Source: an uncultured Peptococcaceae bacterium (lineage in GTDB: Bacteria > Bacillota > Dehalobacteriia > UBA4068). From it: a stretch of DNA of 64,000 bases. Made by a program: the position numbers and the translations under genes. The stretch covers positions 21,696 through 85,695 of the forward strand of contig CAYJPF010000001.1 in the NCBI GenBank assembly GCA_964372025.1, written 5' to 3'. The notes beneath the pieces are model-generated. The model saw nothing but the letters and a program-made list of their open reading frames with translations, was not told the DNA's origin and did no database searches. Below are positions 19,747-29,694 of this stretch, in pieces; within the stretch, counting starts at the first letter, position 1; each line of letters opens with the position of its first letter.

Positions 19747-20967
19747 TTAATTTAAAATTATATTCTTTGTTCCAATATGACCATGAATATCATTAAATTC
19801 ATATAGTCTTACAGAAGCTTTCGATCCAACTCTCAAAGAATCTGCATATGGACAACTCCCTATAAAAGATGGAGACATTAATAATGTCACATCATTGCTA
19901 ACTCCTTCGCTTACAGATAGTGTTTTTGCAGTATGTTTGTGTCCCATAAAACAAATATCATAAAATATACGGTGTTGCACAGACAAGTCTTTTAAAATTG
20001 TTTCTGTGTTTTTGACTTGGTGTCCGTGTATAGCGATACATTTTGTATTAAAAATATCAAATGCTAAAAAATCTGTTTCATAATCTTTATGTATTTTAAC
20101 TCTAGGATTATTTACTAGAAGATCATATACATAATTTATAATTATAAGCTCCATATCTTCAGTTGCTATTTCGCTTGCCTTTGTACTCAATGGTCTTATC
20201 TGCGTATGATTTGACATAGGCACATGATAATATTCTACATCGCAATTTATTGAAAGTTCATTTAAGAAATTAGCTAGAATTCTTGATATCTCCACAACAC
20301 TCATTACCACAGATGTCTCATTTAAAGTCAAATCACTAATTCTTAACATTCCTTGAATAGTGTCCCCAAGGTTTAAAACTTTGATTTTATTAATCTTATT
20401 TTTGATTATTTCCTTATTTACTTCGCAAAGCATTTTCTCAAATCTTTGAATACATATTTCTCTTGAATATTTATTGTTCATTCCAACAAAATGAGAGTTA
20501 TAGTGTATGTCTGAAATAGCCAAAACATATTCCTTATTTTCATCTAAATAGAGATTATTGCTATATACAAAATCTGGAACGTCTAATGTCTCAATAGCAT
20601 TTCTTACGTTTTCATAAAACAATTCGAATCTACTGTGAATTCTCAATGTTTTAAGCTGTTCATTTTTTGTCGCTTGAAGTTTATATCTTTCTCTAATATA
20701 TTCTTCTTTTGCTTCTTCAATTTTTGATATTGCATCTGATTGTCCATTATCTGATATTTCACTTAATGCATCTTGATAACCATCATTAAATCCCTCAGAA
20801 TAAGGTCTAAACCATTTCCTATAAGCGTCAGAACTCTTATTTTCTCCACTCTCGCTATTTAGCAAATCTGCAATTTCTTCATTGGTTAAATTATATAGTT
20901 TTCTATTCCTGAAAAGTCTGATCTTGTATTCTTTTAAAGTCTCATCTTCTCTTTTTTGAAGCTCCAA
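19747..20967 (-). CDS. calcineurin-like metallophosphoesterase
   Basis: Motifs LAISDIHYN (DxH), NLGDTIQG (GDxx), SNHT (GNH[DE]-like), IHGHQ and GHKHT (GHxH). Confidence 0.55.
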   Translation of the reverse strand: MELQKREDETLKEYKIRLFRNRKLYNLTNEEIADLLNSESGENKSSDAYRKWFRPYSEGFNDGYQDALSEISDNGQSDAISKIEEAKEEYIRERYKLQATKNEQLKTLRIHSRFELFYENVRNAIETLDVPDFVYSNNLYLDENKEYVLAISDIHYNSHFVGMNNKYSREICIQRFEKMLCEVNKEIIKNKINKIKVLNLGDTIQGMLRISDLTLNETSVVMSVVEISRILANFLNELSINCDVEYYHVPMSNHTQIRPLSTKASEIATEDMELIIINYVYDLLVNNPRVKIHKDYETDFLAFDIFNTKCIAIHGHQVKNTETILKDLSVQHRIFYDICFMGHKHTAKTLSVSEGVSNDVTLLMSPSFIGSCPYADSLRVGSKASVRLYEFNDIHGHIGTKNIILN

Positions 20968-21032
20968 TAAATCAACTCCTTTAACACAGTGGGATACTAA
21001 CCGTTAGTACCCCACACTTCAATTTTTCCAAT

Positions 21033-21317
21033 CTATTTTACAGGAATTTCAGAGGCAATTCTCTTTAATTCACTTGTATTATCTATTGTTATTTTATTCT
21101 TAGGTGCGATATCAATCACTTCTTGTGTTTTAGGATTGATGCCCTTTCTAGCTTTACTAGTTTTAATTTTTGCAGTAAACATACCATCCTTAACAACTCC
21201 ATCAGTTGCAAGTCCCTTTGCTCTTGCTTCATTAATTGCATCAAGGCAAGTTCCAACATCTTTTTGTGTAAATCCAGTTGCATCTGCTACTGCTTTAATT
21301 AATTCTACTTTAGTCAT
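21033..21317 (-). CDS. HU/IHF-family DNA-binding protein
   Basis: 94 aa. MTKVELIKAVA..GFTQKDV and the GINPKTQEVIDI arm are typical of HU. Confidence 0.7.
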   Translation of the reverse strand: MTKVELIKAVADATGFTQKDVGTCLDAINEARAKGLATDGVVKDGMFTAKIKTSKARKGINPKTQEVIDIAPKNKITIDNTSELKRIASEIPVK

Positions 21318-21360
21318 TTTATCTTATTCTCCTTTTCGCTTTTCGCTTTTCGCTTTTCTC

Positions 21361-22005
21361 TTAAATAATTATATCTATATCAAAAACAATCTCATCTGCC
21401 ACACCATAGTCTATCGCTTCTTTAGCTGTCAAGAACCATTCTTTTTTAGAATATTTCCCATATATCTGTGTAGTGATTTTTGAATGTTCTAAAATATACT
21501 GTTTTACTTCTTTTTCTGTTTTTTTAATATCTTCAACTGTTTCAATAACTTGATTAGTTGTCCCTGAAACTCCATTTACATTGCCTTGATGTATAAGTAT
21601 TTTACTCTTAGGCATCACATACCTTTTGTCTCCAGCAAGGAATATCAGAGCTCCTGCTGACATACATATTCCCATATTGATAGTGTATATTGGAGTCTTG
21701 CTCATCTTGATAATATCAATTAGAGCATTTGCAAAATCCAATCCTCCCCCATATGTATAAATATATATATTGATAGGTTGTCTTGATTCTACAGGAATAT
21801 TTATATCTTCTAAGTTCCATTTCATTATATATCTAATGAAGTCCATATAATATTCACTAACTGTGTCATCTAACCATATCTTTCTATCTTTGAGATTTTC
21901 ATAGTAAACCATTGTAGCTGGATTTGGTAATTGCATATTATATAGTTCTTCTCCACCTACTATCCCAAAATCTCCTAATGATATCGATATTTCTTCTTTT
22001 CTCAT
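21361..22005 (-). CDS. ClpP-family serine protease
   Basis: GICMSAGALIFLAGDKRYVMPKSKILIHQ parallels the E. coli ClpP segment [28 protein letters not shown] that holds the catalytic Ser and His. Confidence 0.65.
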   Translation of the reverse strand: MRKEEISISLGDFGIVGGEELYNMQLPNPATMVYYENLKDRKIWLDDTVSEYYMDFIRYIMKWNLEDINIPVESRQPINIYIYTYGGGLDFANALIDIIKMSKTPIYTINMGICMSAGALIFLAGDKRYVMPKSKILIHQGNVNGVSGTTNQVIETVEDIKKTEKEVKQYILEHSKITTQIYGKYSKKEWFLTAKEAIDYGVADEIVFDIDIII

Positions 22006-22037
22006 TCAATTCTCCTTTACTCTAACACTCTAGTTTT

Positions 22038-22447
22038 TTACATCTCATCTGCTAGTCTTGAAATAGGATTTCTATAATCTGATTTAAGTTTAATACATCC
22101 AAATTGTTTATTTCCCCTAAATATCTCTATCATTCTTTCCATTCCAGCATCTTCTTCGTTTAGAACATCTTTTTGCTCTAAGATATCTCCTTCAATTAAC
22201 AATTTGCATCCAAATTTGCATCGTTGTATAATTGTTTTCATTTGATATATATTTATATTTTGGGCTTCTGTTACAATAACAACATCTCTCTCTCCAAATT
22301 CAACTCCTCTAATTTTACTTAAAGGAATGACTTCTAATTTTTCTTCATAAAGAAGAGTTGTTACTAAATCTGATCCACCTAATTTTGTTTTTAAAATCAT
22401 ACCTATATTATCATCCAAAAGTTTGTCTGTAAGACTACCTGGCAAAA
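22038..22447 (-). CDS. PIN-PhoH (YlaK-like) ATPase, exon 2
   Basis: PhoH C-terminal half: LPGSL..., IRGVEF, VVIVTEAQN (Walker B/DEAQ), GDILEQKD. It joins exon 1 in frame (T + TT gives Phe). Confidence 0.55.
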
Positions 22448-23741
22448 CGGTTTTCACTATAACTTTCATTATAGTCCAGACTATATCTTAATCTTAATTA
22501 ATTTTTATTTTTTAGATTTAAATATTTATCCCTTTTACGTTCTAAATATCTTTCGCAATTCTCATAATACAATTTGTCCATTATCTTTAAAACTTGTTGT
22601 TTTCCTCTCCATGCACAATGCCATGCATTTGTTTTAAATATCTTGTTGGATTTATTCTTTTTAATCATTTTGTCAATAATTTGTTGTATTTGCATTGTTA
22701 TGTTTTTAGAATAACTTGTAAAATGCAATGTTACATCTTTACCTTCTTCATCATAAGTAATGCATCCATCTCCATCAAACAATCCTCTTACAAAATCAAC
22801 TCTATATTTGTCAGGGATAAATTCTAATTTAAGAGAATCAATTTCGTATGTTTTATTTGGAACAATATTGTATTGCTTTAAGTCATCAAACATTTTTTTA
22901 CTTACAAATCCAATAGAACAATAGCCATTTCCTCTATTGTCATATTCAATTTTTGCATCCAAATTCAAATCATTTTTAAACTTTATAATTGTTTCAACGT
23001 CATCTTTCTTTAATCCAAACCTTATTTGATAAGTAGTATTTTGTATATTTCTAACATTGCCGTCAGCAAACAAAAATCCTATCCAATATGCTTTGAGTGG
23101 ACTATCTATTACTTCAAAATAGTCTTCATTAATAAATTTGTTTACAAAATTATTGTTTGGTTTACTTATTTCATTTTTCCTTATTATAAAACTTAAAGTA
23201 TTTGTATCTACATTATATTCTTTTGAAAGTTGGGATATCGTATATTTGTTACTCTCATATTTGTTTCTTATATCAGCTATCTCATCTTCTGTAAATTTTT
23301 TGCGTTTTCTTCCGCCTTTTATATAAACATTATTATTTCTCAGTATTCTATTTATCTGAGAGTATGACAAATCAAACACTTTTGTCATTTTCAATATAGA
23401 TACATTATTATTTGTATAATATTCTATCACTTTATTTTTTAGATTTAAATCCATTTTGTTTCCTTTAATTAATTAAGATTTGTTGTACTTCGAGATTTTA
23501 CTCCCTACTCCCTCACGGGATAGTCGTTGAACGTTCTCCTATTCGGAGCTTCGCTGCTGATTGCCCATTGTACTAGTACTTAGGATTTAACCATATACCA
23601 TCCAATTAATTTTTTCTGCTTTCGCAACTATTCCATTTAAGCATATTTCATCTTTCTGTTTTAGTTTAATTGGCTTTAGGGTATTCCAGCAATTCACAAC
23701 ATTTTCAATGCATATCACTATACAAGGGGGCTATGCCACTA
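22448..23741 (-). mobile_element. group I intron with a LAGLIDADG homing endonuclease ORF in P8
   Basis: Conserved P (AAUUGCUGGAAUA), Q (AAUCAGCAGC), R (GUUCAACGACUA, 23516-23532) and S (AAGAUAUAGUC, 22479-22489) elements are present. The exon 1 terminal U and an omega-G at 22448 define the splice sites. The spliced junction reads EPIG-F-LPGSLTDK, matching the PhoH consensus GFLPG. Confidence 0.6.
22498..23454 (-). CDS. LAGLIDADG homing endonuclease (intron-encoded) with N-terminal HTH repeats
   Basis: Two LAGLIDADG motifs (AYWIGFLFADGN and FVRGLFDGDGC). RBS AAAGGAAAC. Confidence 0.7.
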   Translation of the reverse strand: MDLNLKNKVIEYYTNNNVSILKMTKVFDLSYSQINRILRNNNVYIKGGRKRKKFTEDEIADIRNKYESNKYTISQLSKEYNVDTNTLSFIIRKNEISKPNNNFVNKFINEDYFEVIDSPLKAYWIGFLFADGNVRNIQNTTYQIRFGLKKDDVETIIKFKNDLNLDAKIEYDNRGNGYCSIGFVSKKMFDDLKQYNIVPNKTYEIDSLKLEFIPDKYRVDFVRGLFDGDGCITYDEEGKDVTLHFTSYSKNITMQIQQIIDKMIKKNKSNKIFKTNAWHCAWRGKQQVLKIMDKLYYENCERYLERKRDKYLNLKNKN

Positions 23742-24549
23742 ACCCTATTGGTTCACTTCCTTTTAACTCTTTGCAAGTTGATAACATATATATTTTGTTT
23801 ATATTTCCATTTTCCAATGCAGACAATGCATATCCTAATGAAAGAATTGTTTTTCCACTGCCACTTCGTCCAAACAAACAAGTGATGTTATTTGTTGAAA
23901 TACTGTCAAACGCACATCTTTGAACCACATCAAATGGCTTAACTTCTCCAATATATTTATTTGTAAATTTTTTATGAGAAAGTTCAATGTGTTCTTCTCC
24001 ATTCCATTTTAGAATACTCACAACATCATCTGTCTTGTCTTTCACAAGGATATATTCGTTAATTGACAAATCATAAATGTTTTTATCAAGATTTTCATAA
24101 AAATATGCTAATTCATCGTCGGTGTTTATTTTAACAAATTTATATCCTTTGAAGATTTCTTTAGCTTTATAGTCATTAAAATCTCTAACTCTAATACCTA
24201 ATGCCCTACATTTTTCAATCATATTTAAATCTTGAGTAAGCATTATCGCATCTCTATCTAAAGTTTCTTGAACGTGTAATGCACTTAATACAATTCTATT
24301 ATCGGGTCTTGTTATATCTAAATCTAATATATTTACCCTTGTTGCATTTGGCATTATATATATAAATTTATCTTTCAGCTCATTGATTTTTCTCATTGCT
24401 TGACGTGCTTTAAAAGATCTTGATGGATTTTCACTTGTTTTTAATTTATCTATTTCTTCTAAAACTACAATCGAACAATAAATTTTTTCATATTCTTCTA
24501 ATTCAACATCATTTAAAAGAATATTAGTATCTACAATGCAAGATTTCAA
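23742..24549 (-). CDS. PIN-PhoH (YlaK-like) ATPase, exon 1
   Basis: TTG start at 24549 with RBS AAAGGGTGA. An N-terminal PIN domain is followed by the PhoH Walker A (GRSGSGKT). The exon ends ..EPIG with a terminal U at 23742. The ORF-track tail LVA* is intron read-through. Confidence 0.55.
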
Positions 24550-24567
24550 ACCTTATCACCCTTTCTG

Positions 24568-24732
24568 TTAAAATGACTCAATCGTATGTTTGCTCATAAC
24601 TTCACAATATTTGTAAAAGTCTCTGTCGCTTAACCAATAATGACGTTTTTTAACAGATTTCGATACTCCATCTCTTGGAATAAAACCGAATTTTTTTGCT
24701 TGTTTATACTCGGCTTTTCTAATGCTACGCAT
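24568..24732 (-). CDS. hypothetical small basic protein (not in the ORF track)
   Basis: 54-aa ORF (MRSIRKAEYKQAKKFGF...) with RBS GGAGGA 6 nt upstream, lying between two genes. Confidence 0.3.
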   Translation of the reverse strand: MRSIRKAEYKQAKKFGFIPRDGVSKSVKKRHYWLSDRDFYKYCEVMSKHTIESF

Positions 24733-24837
24733 TCACAATCCTCCAATTATTTTTACTACGAAAACTACAACTTATGAAAATTCCTTGTATTTAGGCGTTT
24801 TTTTAACACCTTAAATATATTATTACATAATATAGTT

Positions 24838-25464
24838 TTACTTCCAAATTTTGTCATAAAGCCCAACTATATTATTATCAGATAAGTTAAAATCTCCTTT
24901 ATTGCTGTAATCTACTAGTATTTTAAATCTCATCTGTTTGTAATTTTTTTGCATATCCTTGTCGTCATCCCACCCCCATTTAGACACTGTAGGATTTATT
25001 TTTTCAACATAGTCGAACAGTACAATCTCAGGAACGTGTTTCTTTTTTATCATTTCGTAAGACAATCCTGTAAATTGAGCTAAAGACGGATAAGATATTG
25101 CTATCTCATCACTATTAGTGTGTTTTGCCACACATAATAAAGCCAAAGCTGTTTTTCTACAATTTGCATTGTCAAATCTTTTATTAATAATATCAATGTC
25201 TTGCTGACTAATATTTATGTCAACCTTATCGCAGAATACAAAATCATCATTTTTTACCACTAGCATTATTGCTTTATTAAGGTCAAAGTAATGCTTATGT
25301 CCATATTTATTTTCCCATTCCTCTAATGCTTCTTTTATCTGCAATGCACTAAATCCTTTATTGTGATAATATTTTATAAGATTTAAATACGCTGAAAAGA
25401 AATATTCTTTTTTAAATGGAGTACCATTCAGTAACTCCTCACTTCGCTGTAACTCGTTAAGCAT
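24838..25464 (-). CDS. hypothetical protein
   Basis: 208-aa ORF in the replication/nucleotide module. Confidence 0.4.
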   Translation of the reverse strand: MLNELQRSEELLNGTPFKKEYFFSAYLNLIKYYHNKGFSALQIKEALEEWENKYGHKHYFDLNKAIMLVVKNDDFVFCDKVDINISQQDIDIINKRFDNANCRKTALALLCVAKHTNSDEIAISYPSLAQFTGLSYEMIKKKHVPEIVLFDYVEKINPTVSKWGWDDDKDMQKNYKQMRFKILVDYSNKGDFNLSDNNIVGLYDKIWK

Positions 25465-25482
25465 TGAATTCTCACTTTCTTT

Positions 25483-28005
25483 TTATATTTTTTCCATATC
25501 ATAAAACCTACCTAGATATTCATATTTTCCATTTTCACTCAATGATGGAAGATAAATTTCTGATTTATTTTTACTTAGATTTTCCAATACTCCTAATGGA
25601 GCAACTTTCCAAATAAAAGATTTATCTTTGTTAGAATATTTTTCATAACATAATTGTACGACAATATTTGCTAATTCTTTTTCGTTGGGGCATATCTCTT
25701 GGCATCTATCTTTATATAAATCATAATAGTGTTGCCAATCGAATTTAAATCCTATAATTTCATCTTGTGTCATATCTGGATAATACAAAGATATCCAATT
25801 TTTATACTTGCTATGATTATTAAATTTATATTGATGTTGAGCTAATTCAGCCATTTCTTTTGTGTACTCTTGAAATACTCTTTCAATTTTTTCAACTGTT
25901 TTTTTATTTAGAGGGATATTCTCATCTGTCATAATCTTATAATTAAAGTCTTTTATTTTTTGTTTATGTTTCACAGTATTTTTTTCCCATTTTTCAATTT
26001 CCCAGCATAGTCTATTCATATTGGTTTGAGTATTTGCAAATTCTGATAACCCTGCATAATAACTACTAGCGTACTTCATAAAATATGGCAGTGGTTTTGC
26101 GTATTTTGCTATATGTCTTGGTATGTTAAATATTACTCCAGTTTTAGCAAAATCGATTGCCTTTCCGTTTATAATACTTAAAATATCAACATATTTCAAG
26201 TATTTTTGTTTTGTTTCTTCTGACTTTGGATTTTTATTGATATAGCAAGTCGCAGTGTTTGATATTTCTCCTATCAAAGAATTTACTGTTCTTAATACCA
26301 ATGCAAGTAGGTTTTCTTTATTATATTCTTCATCAAGAGCTGTAATTTTATCTTCTGTATCGATTACGATTGGGATATTCCTAGGTGCTCCCTCCTTCAT
26401 AATCTCATTGTCGATAACTAAAACTAAGTCTCCATCTACGTCCGAACCATTTAGTTGTTGCAATACCAAGCTTTGCCCATTTATCATACATATATTTGAT
26501 AGGTGAGAGCACCATCTTGATATATCTGAATTTTCTACAGCATTAAGTAATACGTGTTCAGATCTTGTTATATGAGGATTTCTTTCTATAAGATATTCTC
26601 CTTTATAAGAGCCATTTAGATTATTTGTATAAAATTCATCATTATTCAAACATCCTTTAGGCTCTAATCCTCCAATATATTCCATAAACATTATTAAATC
26701 AACGCAAGATATTTTAAAAGTAGATTTAATCCACAGTTTGCCACTCTTCATTTCATTAATGTATTTTTTAAATAATGAAATTAAATATTTGCGAATACTC
26801 TCTTCTTTAAACATCTCTTCGTTCATCAACAGTGCTTTCATATAATTATTTAAAGGTTCGTGCTTTTCTTTTGTAAGCCCTAAGAAAGCATAAGAGTATA
26901 GTTTATCTCCACCTAATATTTTCTCAATCCAAGATATACTATATTTTGCCAACTTAATAAATTTATTAAATGGAAGTTCTAAATCTTGCAATATTTGATA
27001 ATTTGCACGAGTGTAAACAGGTTCTTCTTTTAAAGAAAAATTCCATTTGGCTATTCCAATGCAATGATTATATTCGTCAAATTTATTCCAATAATTCGTC
27101 CAATCTTCAAAAGTATTTTTATCTTTAAAATATTTAAAACCTTTGTACATACTCTCGGTCATAATTATCATCACGCTGTCTATCGAATGTTTCTCTCCCC
27201 AGATATCAACTATAAACTCAACGTTTCTTTCTCTTAGAAATGTCGTATAATCCATCTCGTGAGTAACCCCTTTGATAAATGGTGCACGCCACATAATACT
27301 TGTTGGCTTAGTCTTGCTTTTTAGATGTTCTTCGACTTGATATGTTATATAAGGATGGTGGATTCCCATTCCGTCAAAAACATTAATTTCATAATCGACG
27401 ACACTTTCTGAAATTCCCTTTTGCACCCATTGTTTTTCTTCTTCAGTTTCTTTATCTATATAGGTTGAATGTTCATCTATAAGATGTTTTATCTTTTGAT
27501 TTTTAATCACTTTCATATAATCTGATACAACTATAATTTTAGGCTTCCAATTTTCTATACAGTGACAAGATGATAACATCAATCCTCTATATGCAACATA
27601 CTTAGACAAAACAGTTCTATTGATTTTTAAGCCCATTGTAACACGTTCAACTAGTTGTTTTTCTATATCTTCTCTAACAAAACTTAATGTTGCTTGACGT
27701 GTCATACTAGCACTTCTCTCGGACATTATATATTTTTTATTATCAATATAAAATCCTTCTTTTATGAGCTTTGATAAATTTTCTAAATCACTTTTTCCAC
27801 TCTTAATATCTACAAAAACAATATATTTATTGTATCTGCAACTATCTTCAGTAATTAATCTGATTTGTCTAAATAGCAAATTGTCTTGTTGATTTATAGC
27901 ATATCTATTCCTATCTTTTGTTCTTTCAAAATCAAATCTAAAATCATTATCTATAATTTGTCTATAAGTAAATTTCAAAACTTGATATAATTTAGGTGCA
28001 AACAA
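25483..28005 (-). CDS. candidate single-subunit non-canonical RNA polymerase (YonO-like, beta-prime-type double-psi beta-barrel)
   Basis: 840 aa. ERNPHITRSEH is followed 38 aa later by NGSDVDGDLVLV, reproducing the spacing of beta-prime NRAPTLHRL....NADFDGDQMAVHV (catalytic Asp triad). Its size is close to YonO (about 830 aa). Confidence 0.45.
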   Translation of the reverse strand: MFAPKLYQVLKFTYRQIIDNDFRFDFERTKDRNRYAINQQDNLLFRQIRLITEDSCRYNKYIVFVDIKSGKSDLENLSKLIKEGFYIDNKKYIMSERSASMTRQATLSFVREDIEKQLVERVTMGLKINRTVLSKYVAYRGLMLSSCHCIENWKPKIIVVSDYMKVIKNQKIKHLIDEHSTYIDKETEEEKQWVQKGISESVVDYEINVFDGMGIHHPYITYQVEEHLKSKTKPTSIMWRAPFIKGVTHEMDYTTFLRERNVEFIVDIWGEKHSIDSVMIIMTESMYKGFKYFKDKNTFEDWTNYWNKFDEYNHCIGIAKWNFSLKEEPVYTRANYQILQDLELPFNKFIKLAKYSISWIEKILGGDKLYSYAFLGLTKEKHEPLNNYMKALLMNEEMFKEESIRKYLISLFKKYINEMKSGKLWIKSTFKISCVDLIMFMEYIGGLEPKGCLNNDEFYTNNLNGSYKGEYLIERNPHITRSEHVLLNAVENSDISRWCSHLSNICMINGQSLVLQQLNGSDVDGDLVLVIDNEIMKEGAPRNIPIVIDTEDKITALDEEYNKENLLALVLRTVNSLIGEISNTATCYINKNPKSEETKQKYLKYVDILSIINGKAIDFAKTGVIFNIPRHIAKYAKPLPYFMKYASSYYAGLSEFANTQTNMNRLCWEIEKWEKNTVKHKQKIKDFNYKIMTDENIPLNKKTVEKIERVFQEYTKEMAELAQHQYKFNNHSKYKNWISLYYPDMTQDEIIGFKFDWQHYYDLYKDRCQEICPNEKELANIVVQLCYEKYSNKDKSFIWKVAPLGVLENLSKNKSEIYLPSLSENGKYEYLGRFYDMEKI

Positions 28006-28007
28006 AT

Positions 28008-28556
28008 TTACATCACCCCTAGCATTTTACAAATTTTCCTCGTATTATCCACCACATCTCTCAAATTGGTTGATTTGGAAATATAATCCCATTCGTCATA
28101 ATTATCTAATAGTGTTTCACTCTTGTGCTTCTGAGCTTCTTCAGATAATTCACTCTTATAATTAAGCCTTTCTACTCTTATAGTCATAACTTTATCAGTA
28201 CCAAACTTCTCTTTGACATATTCAATTTCGTTTGGAAACCTAGTGTCTGGAATCAGGATATAATCAAAATCATCTTGAACAATTTCGATATCTTCGCAAG
28301 TTCTGCTGACGTGGAAATCTGGCTTATTTAACTTCTCTCGAATAATCTCTGTCCCTAGTAATTGCAATTTATTTCGAGCCCAATCCGTCTTGATTCCATT
28401 CCAATTATAAAAATCAGACAATATTCTTTTAATATGTGTTGCATACCTTGTAGTTGCAACTTTTTTTCCATTTAATATCATCTGAGATGTTATAGCTTCA
28501 GCCAACGTATCCTTTCCGTGACCTGCCTTTCCTGAAATTAAAATTATTTTTTCCAA
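28008..28556 (-). CDS. deoxynucleoside monophosphate kinase (T4 gp1 family)
   Basis: P-loop ISGKAGHGKDT (T4 gp1 SGVKRSGKDT) and YILIPDTRFPNE (T4 YYIVPDTRQDHE). Confidence 0.7.
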   Translation of the reverse strand: MEKIILISGKAGHGKDTLAEAITSQMILNGKKVATTRYATHIKRILSDFYNWNGIKTDWARNKLQLLGTEIIREKLNKPDFHVSRTCEDIEIVQDDFDYILIPDTRFPNEIEYVKEKFGTDKVMTIRVERLNYKSELSEEAQKHKSETLLDNYDEWDYISKSTNLRDVVDNTRKICKMLGVM

Positions 28557-29149
28557 TCAACCACTTCCTTTGCATCAATTCTCATTGAATCTAAATACCT
28601 ATATATTTCTTTCCAATTACTAGCACTAATCATCATTGTCTTTGATTTCCGAATATCAGTGGTATCTCTTTCAATCTGATCGAATAATATCTTTAAAGTT
28701 GCATTTGTTGAATCTAACACATTCACATTGTCATCAATAAATATTCCATATGACATATCTATTGTTGATTTTTTCTTTTCAAAATCAGTTACTCCAATAA
28801 ATTTAAATTCAAAAGGCAAATTTTCATTACACCAAATTTCTTTCAATCTTAAATTCTCTTCGTCTCCAAGTGTTGCAATATGATAGTTGTAGTATTTATT
28901 TATTTTCTTCAGCACTTTAATCATTCCTCTTTGTTTTTTTAATTTATGAAAGAAATTTTCCTTATTCATAAAATCAAGAATGTCGTCGTGTGTTAGGTTT
29001 GGGAATATATCTGTCAAACTATATTTTCTAGTGTCTCTTACTTTGAATTTTGTTCCAAATTCTTTGTTCATCAGTTTCAATAATTGTATAGTAGAACATA
29101 CTAAAACATCATCAAAGTCTATAAATAAATCTATTTTTCTAATTTCCAA
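28544..29149 (-). CDS. HAD-family 5'(3')-deoxyribonucleotidase
   Basis: Motif I LFIDFDDVLV (DxDx[VT]) and motif IV GIFIDDN, as in NT5C-type nucleotidases. Confidence 0.55.
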   Translation of the reverse strand: MEIRKIDLFIDFDDVLVCSTIQLLKLMNKEFGTKFKVRDTRKYSLTDIFPNLTHDDILDFMNKENFFHKLKKQRGMIKVLKKINKYYNYHIATLGDEENLRLKEIWCNENLPFEFKFIGVTDFEKKKSTIDMSYGIFIDDNVNVLDSTNATLKILFDQIERDTTDIRKSKTMMISASNWKEIYRYLDSMRIDAKEVVDWKK

Positions 29150-29694
29150 ACATCCCCTTTTTCATAATTCTCCTCGCATACTTTCATAATATATTCAATA
29201 TCAAAATTGAATTTTACTTTCTTTTTTTCTTGAGGGATGACAATTCCTCCATATTGTTTTACGTCTTCCTCATTGATACTCTTTTTCAAAGTGTCTTTCA
29301 CAAACTTTAGAAAATCAAGTATATGCAAAAAATATGTTGTCTCTTTATTTCTAAAATTAAGAAAAAACCCTGATATTGCTCCAAATTTAAATGACTCCAT
29401 CAAGCCATCTATTTGATGAGCCTTTATATCTACATTCTTATTTTTCTTATCCAGAGAAAATGATAGTCTTCCATCATTTTTACTTTTGCATTCAATTGTG
29501 TATAGATATGGAAGTCTATACATCCAAAAATCATATGGATTTTTATTTGAAAACCTAATAACAGAATTTTCTTGAGGATTGAATGACTGAGGAGGGTCTT
29601 CGATCCTCAAATAATAAATCCCTTGACATTTTTTGACGCTGTCTCTTATTTGATTCTCAAAATCTTTGCCACTATTTACACTAATAAATATCAC
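29131..29694 (-). CDS. RecU-like Holliday junction resolvase (PD-(D/E)xK)
   Basis: PYLYTIECKSKNDGRLSFSL and HQIDGL align with B. subtilis RecU GRYIDFEAKETKNKTSFPL and HQIEHM. Confidence 0.6.
   Translation of the reverse strand: MIFISVNSGKDFENQIRDSVKKCQGIYYLRIEDPPQSFNPQENSVIRFSNKNPYDFWMYRLPYLYTIECKSKNDGRLSFSLDKKNKNVDIKAHQIDGLMESFKFGAISGFFLNFRNKETTYFLHILDFLKFVKDTLKKSINEEDVKQYGGIVIPQEKKKVKFNFDIEYIMKVCEENYEKGDVWKLEK

Noticed and set aside
23731-23741. C-terminal ..LVA* tail of the ORF-track PIN-PhoH exon 1 and N-terminal MKVIVKTV of exon 2 as genuine protein sequence
   Set aside because: They are intron read-through and an intron-internal ATG. The spliced junction EPIG-F-LPG matches the PhoH consensus and excludes them.
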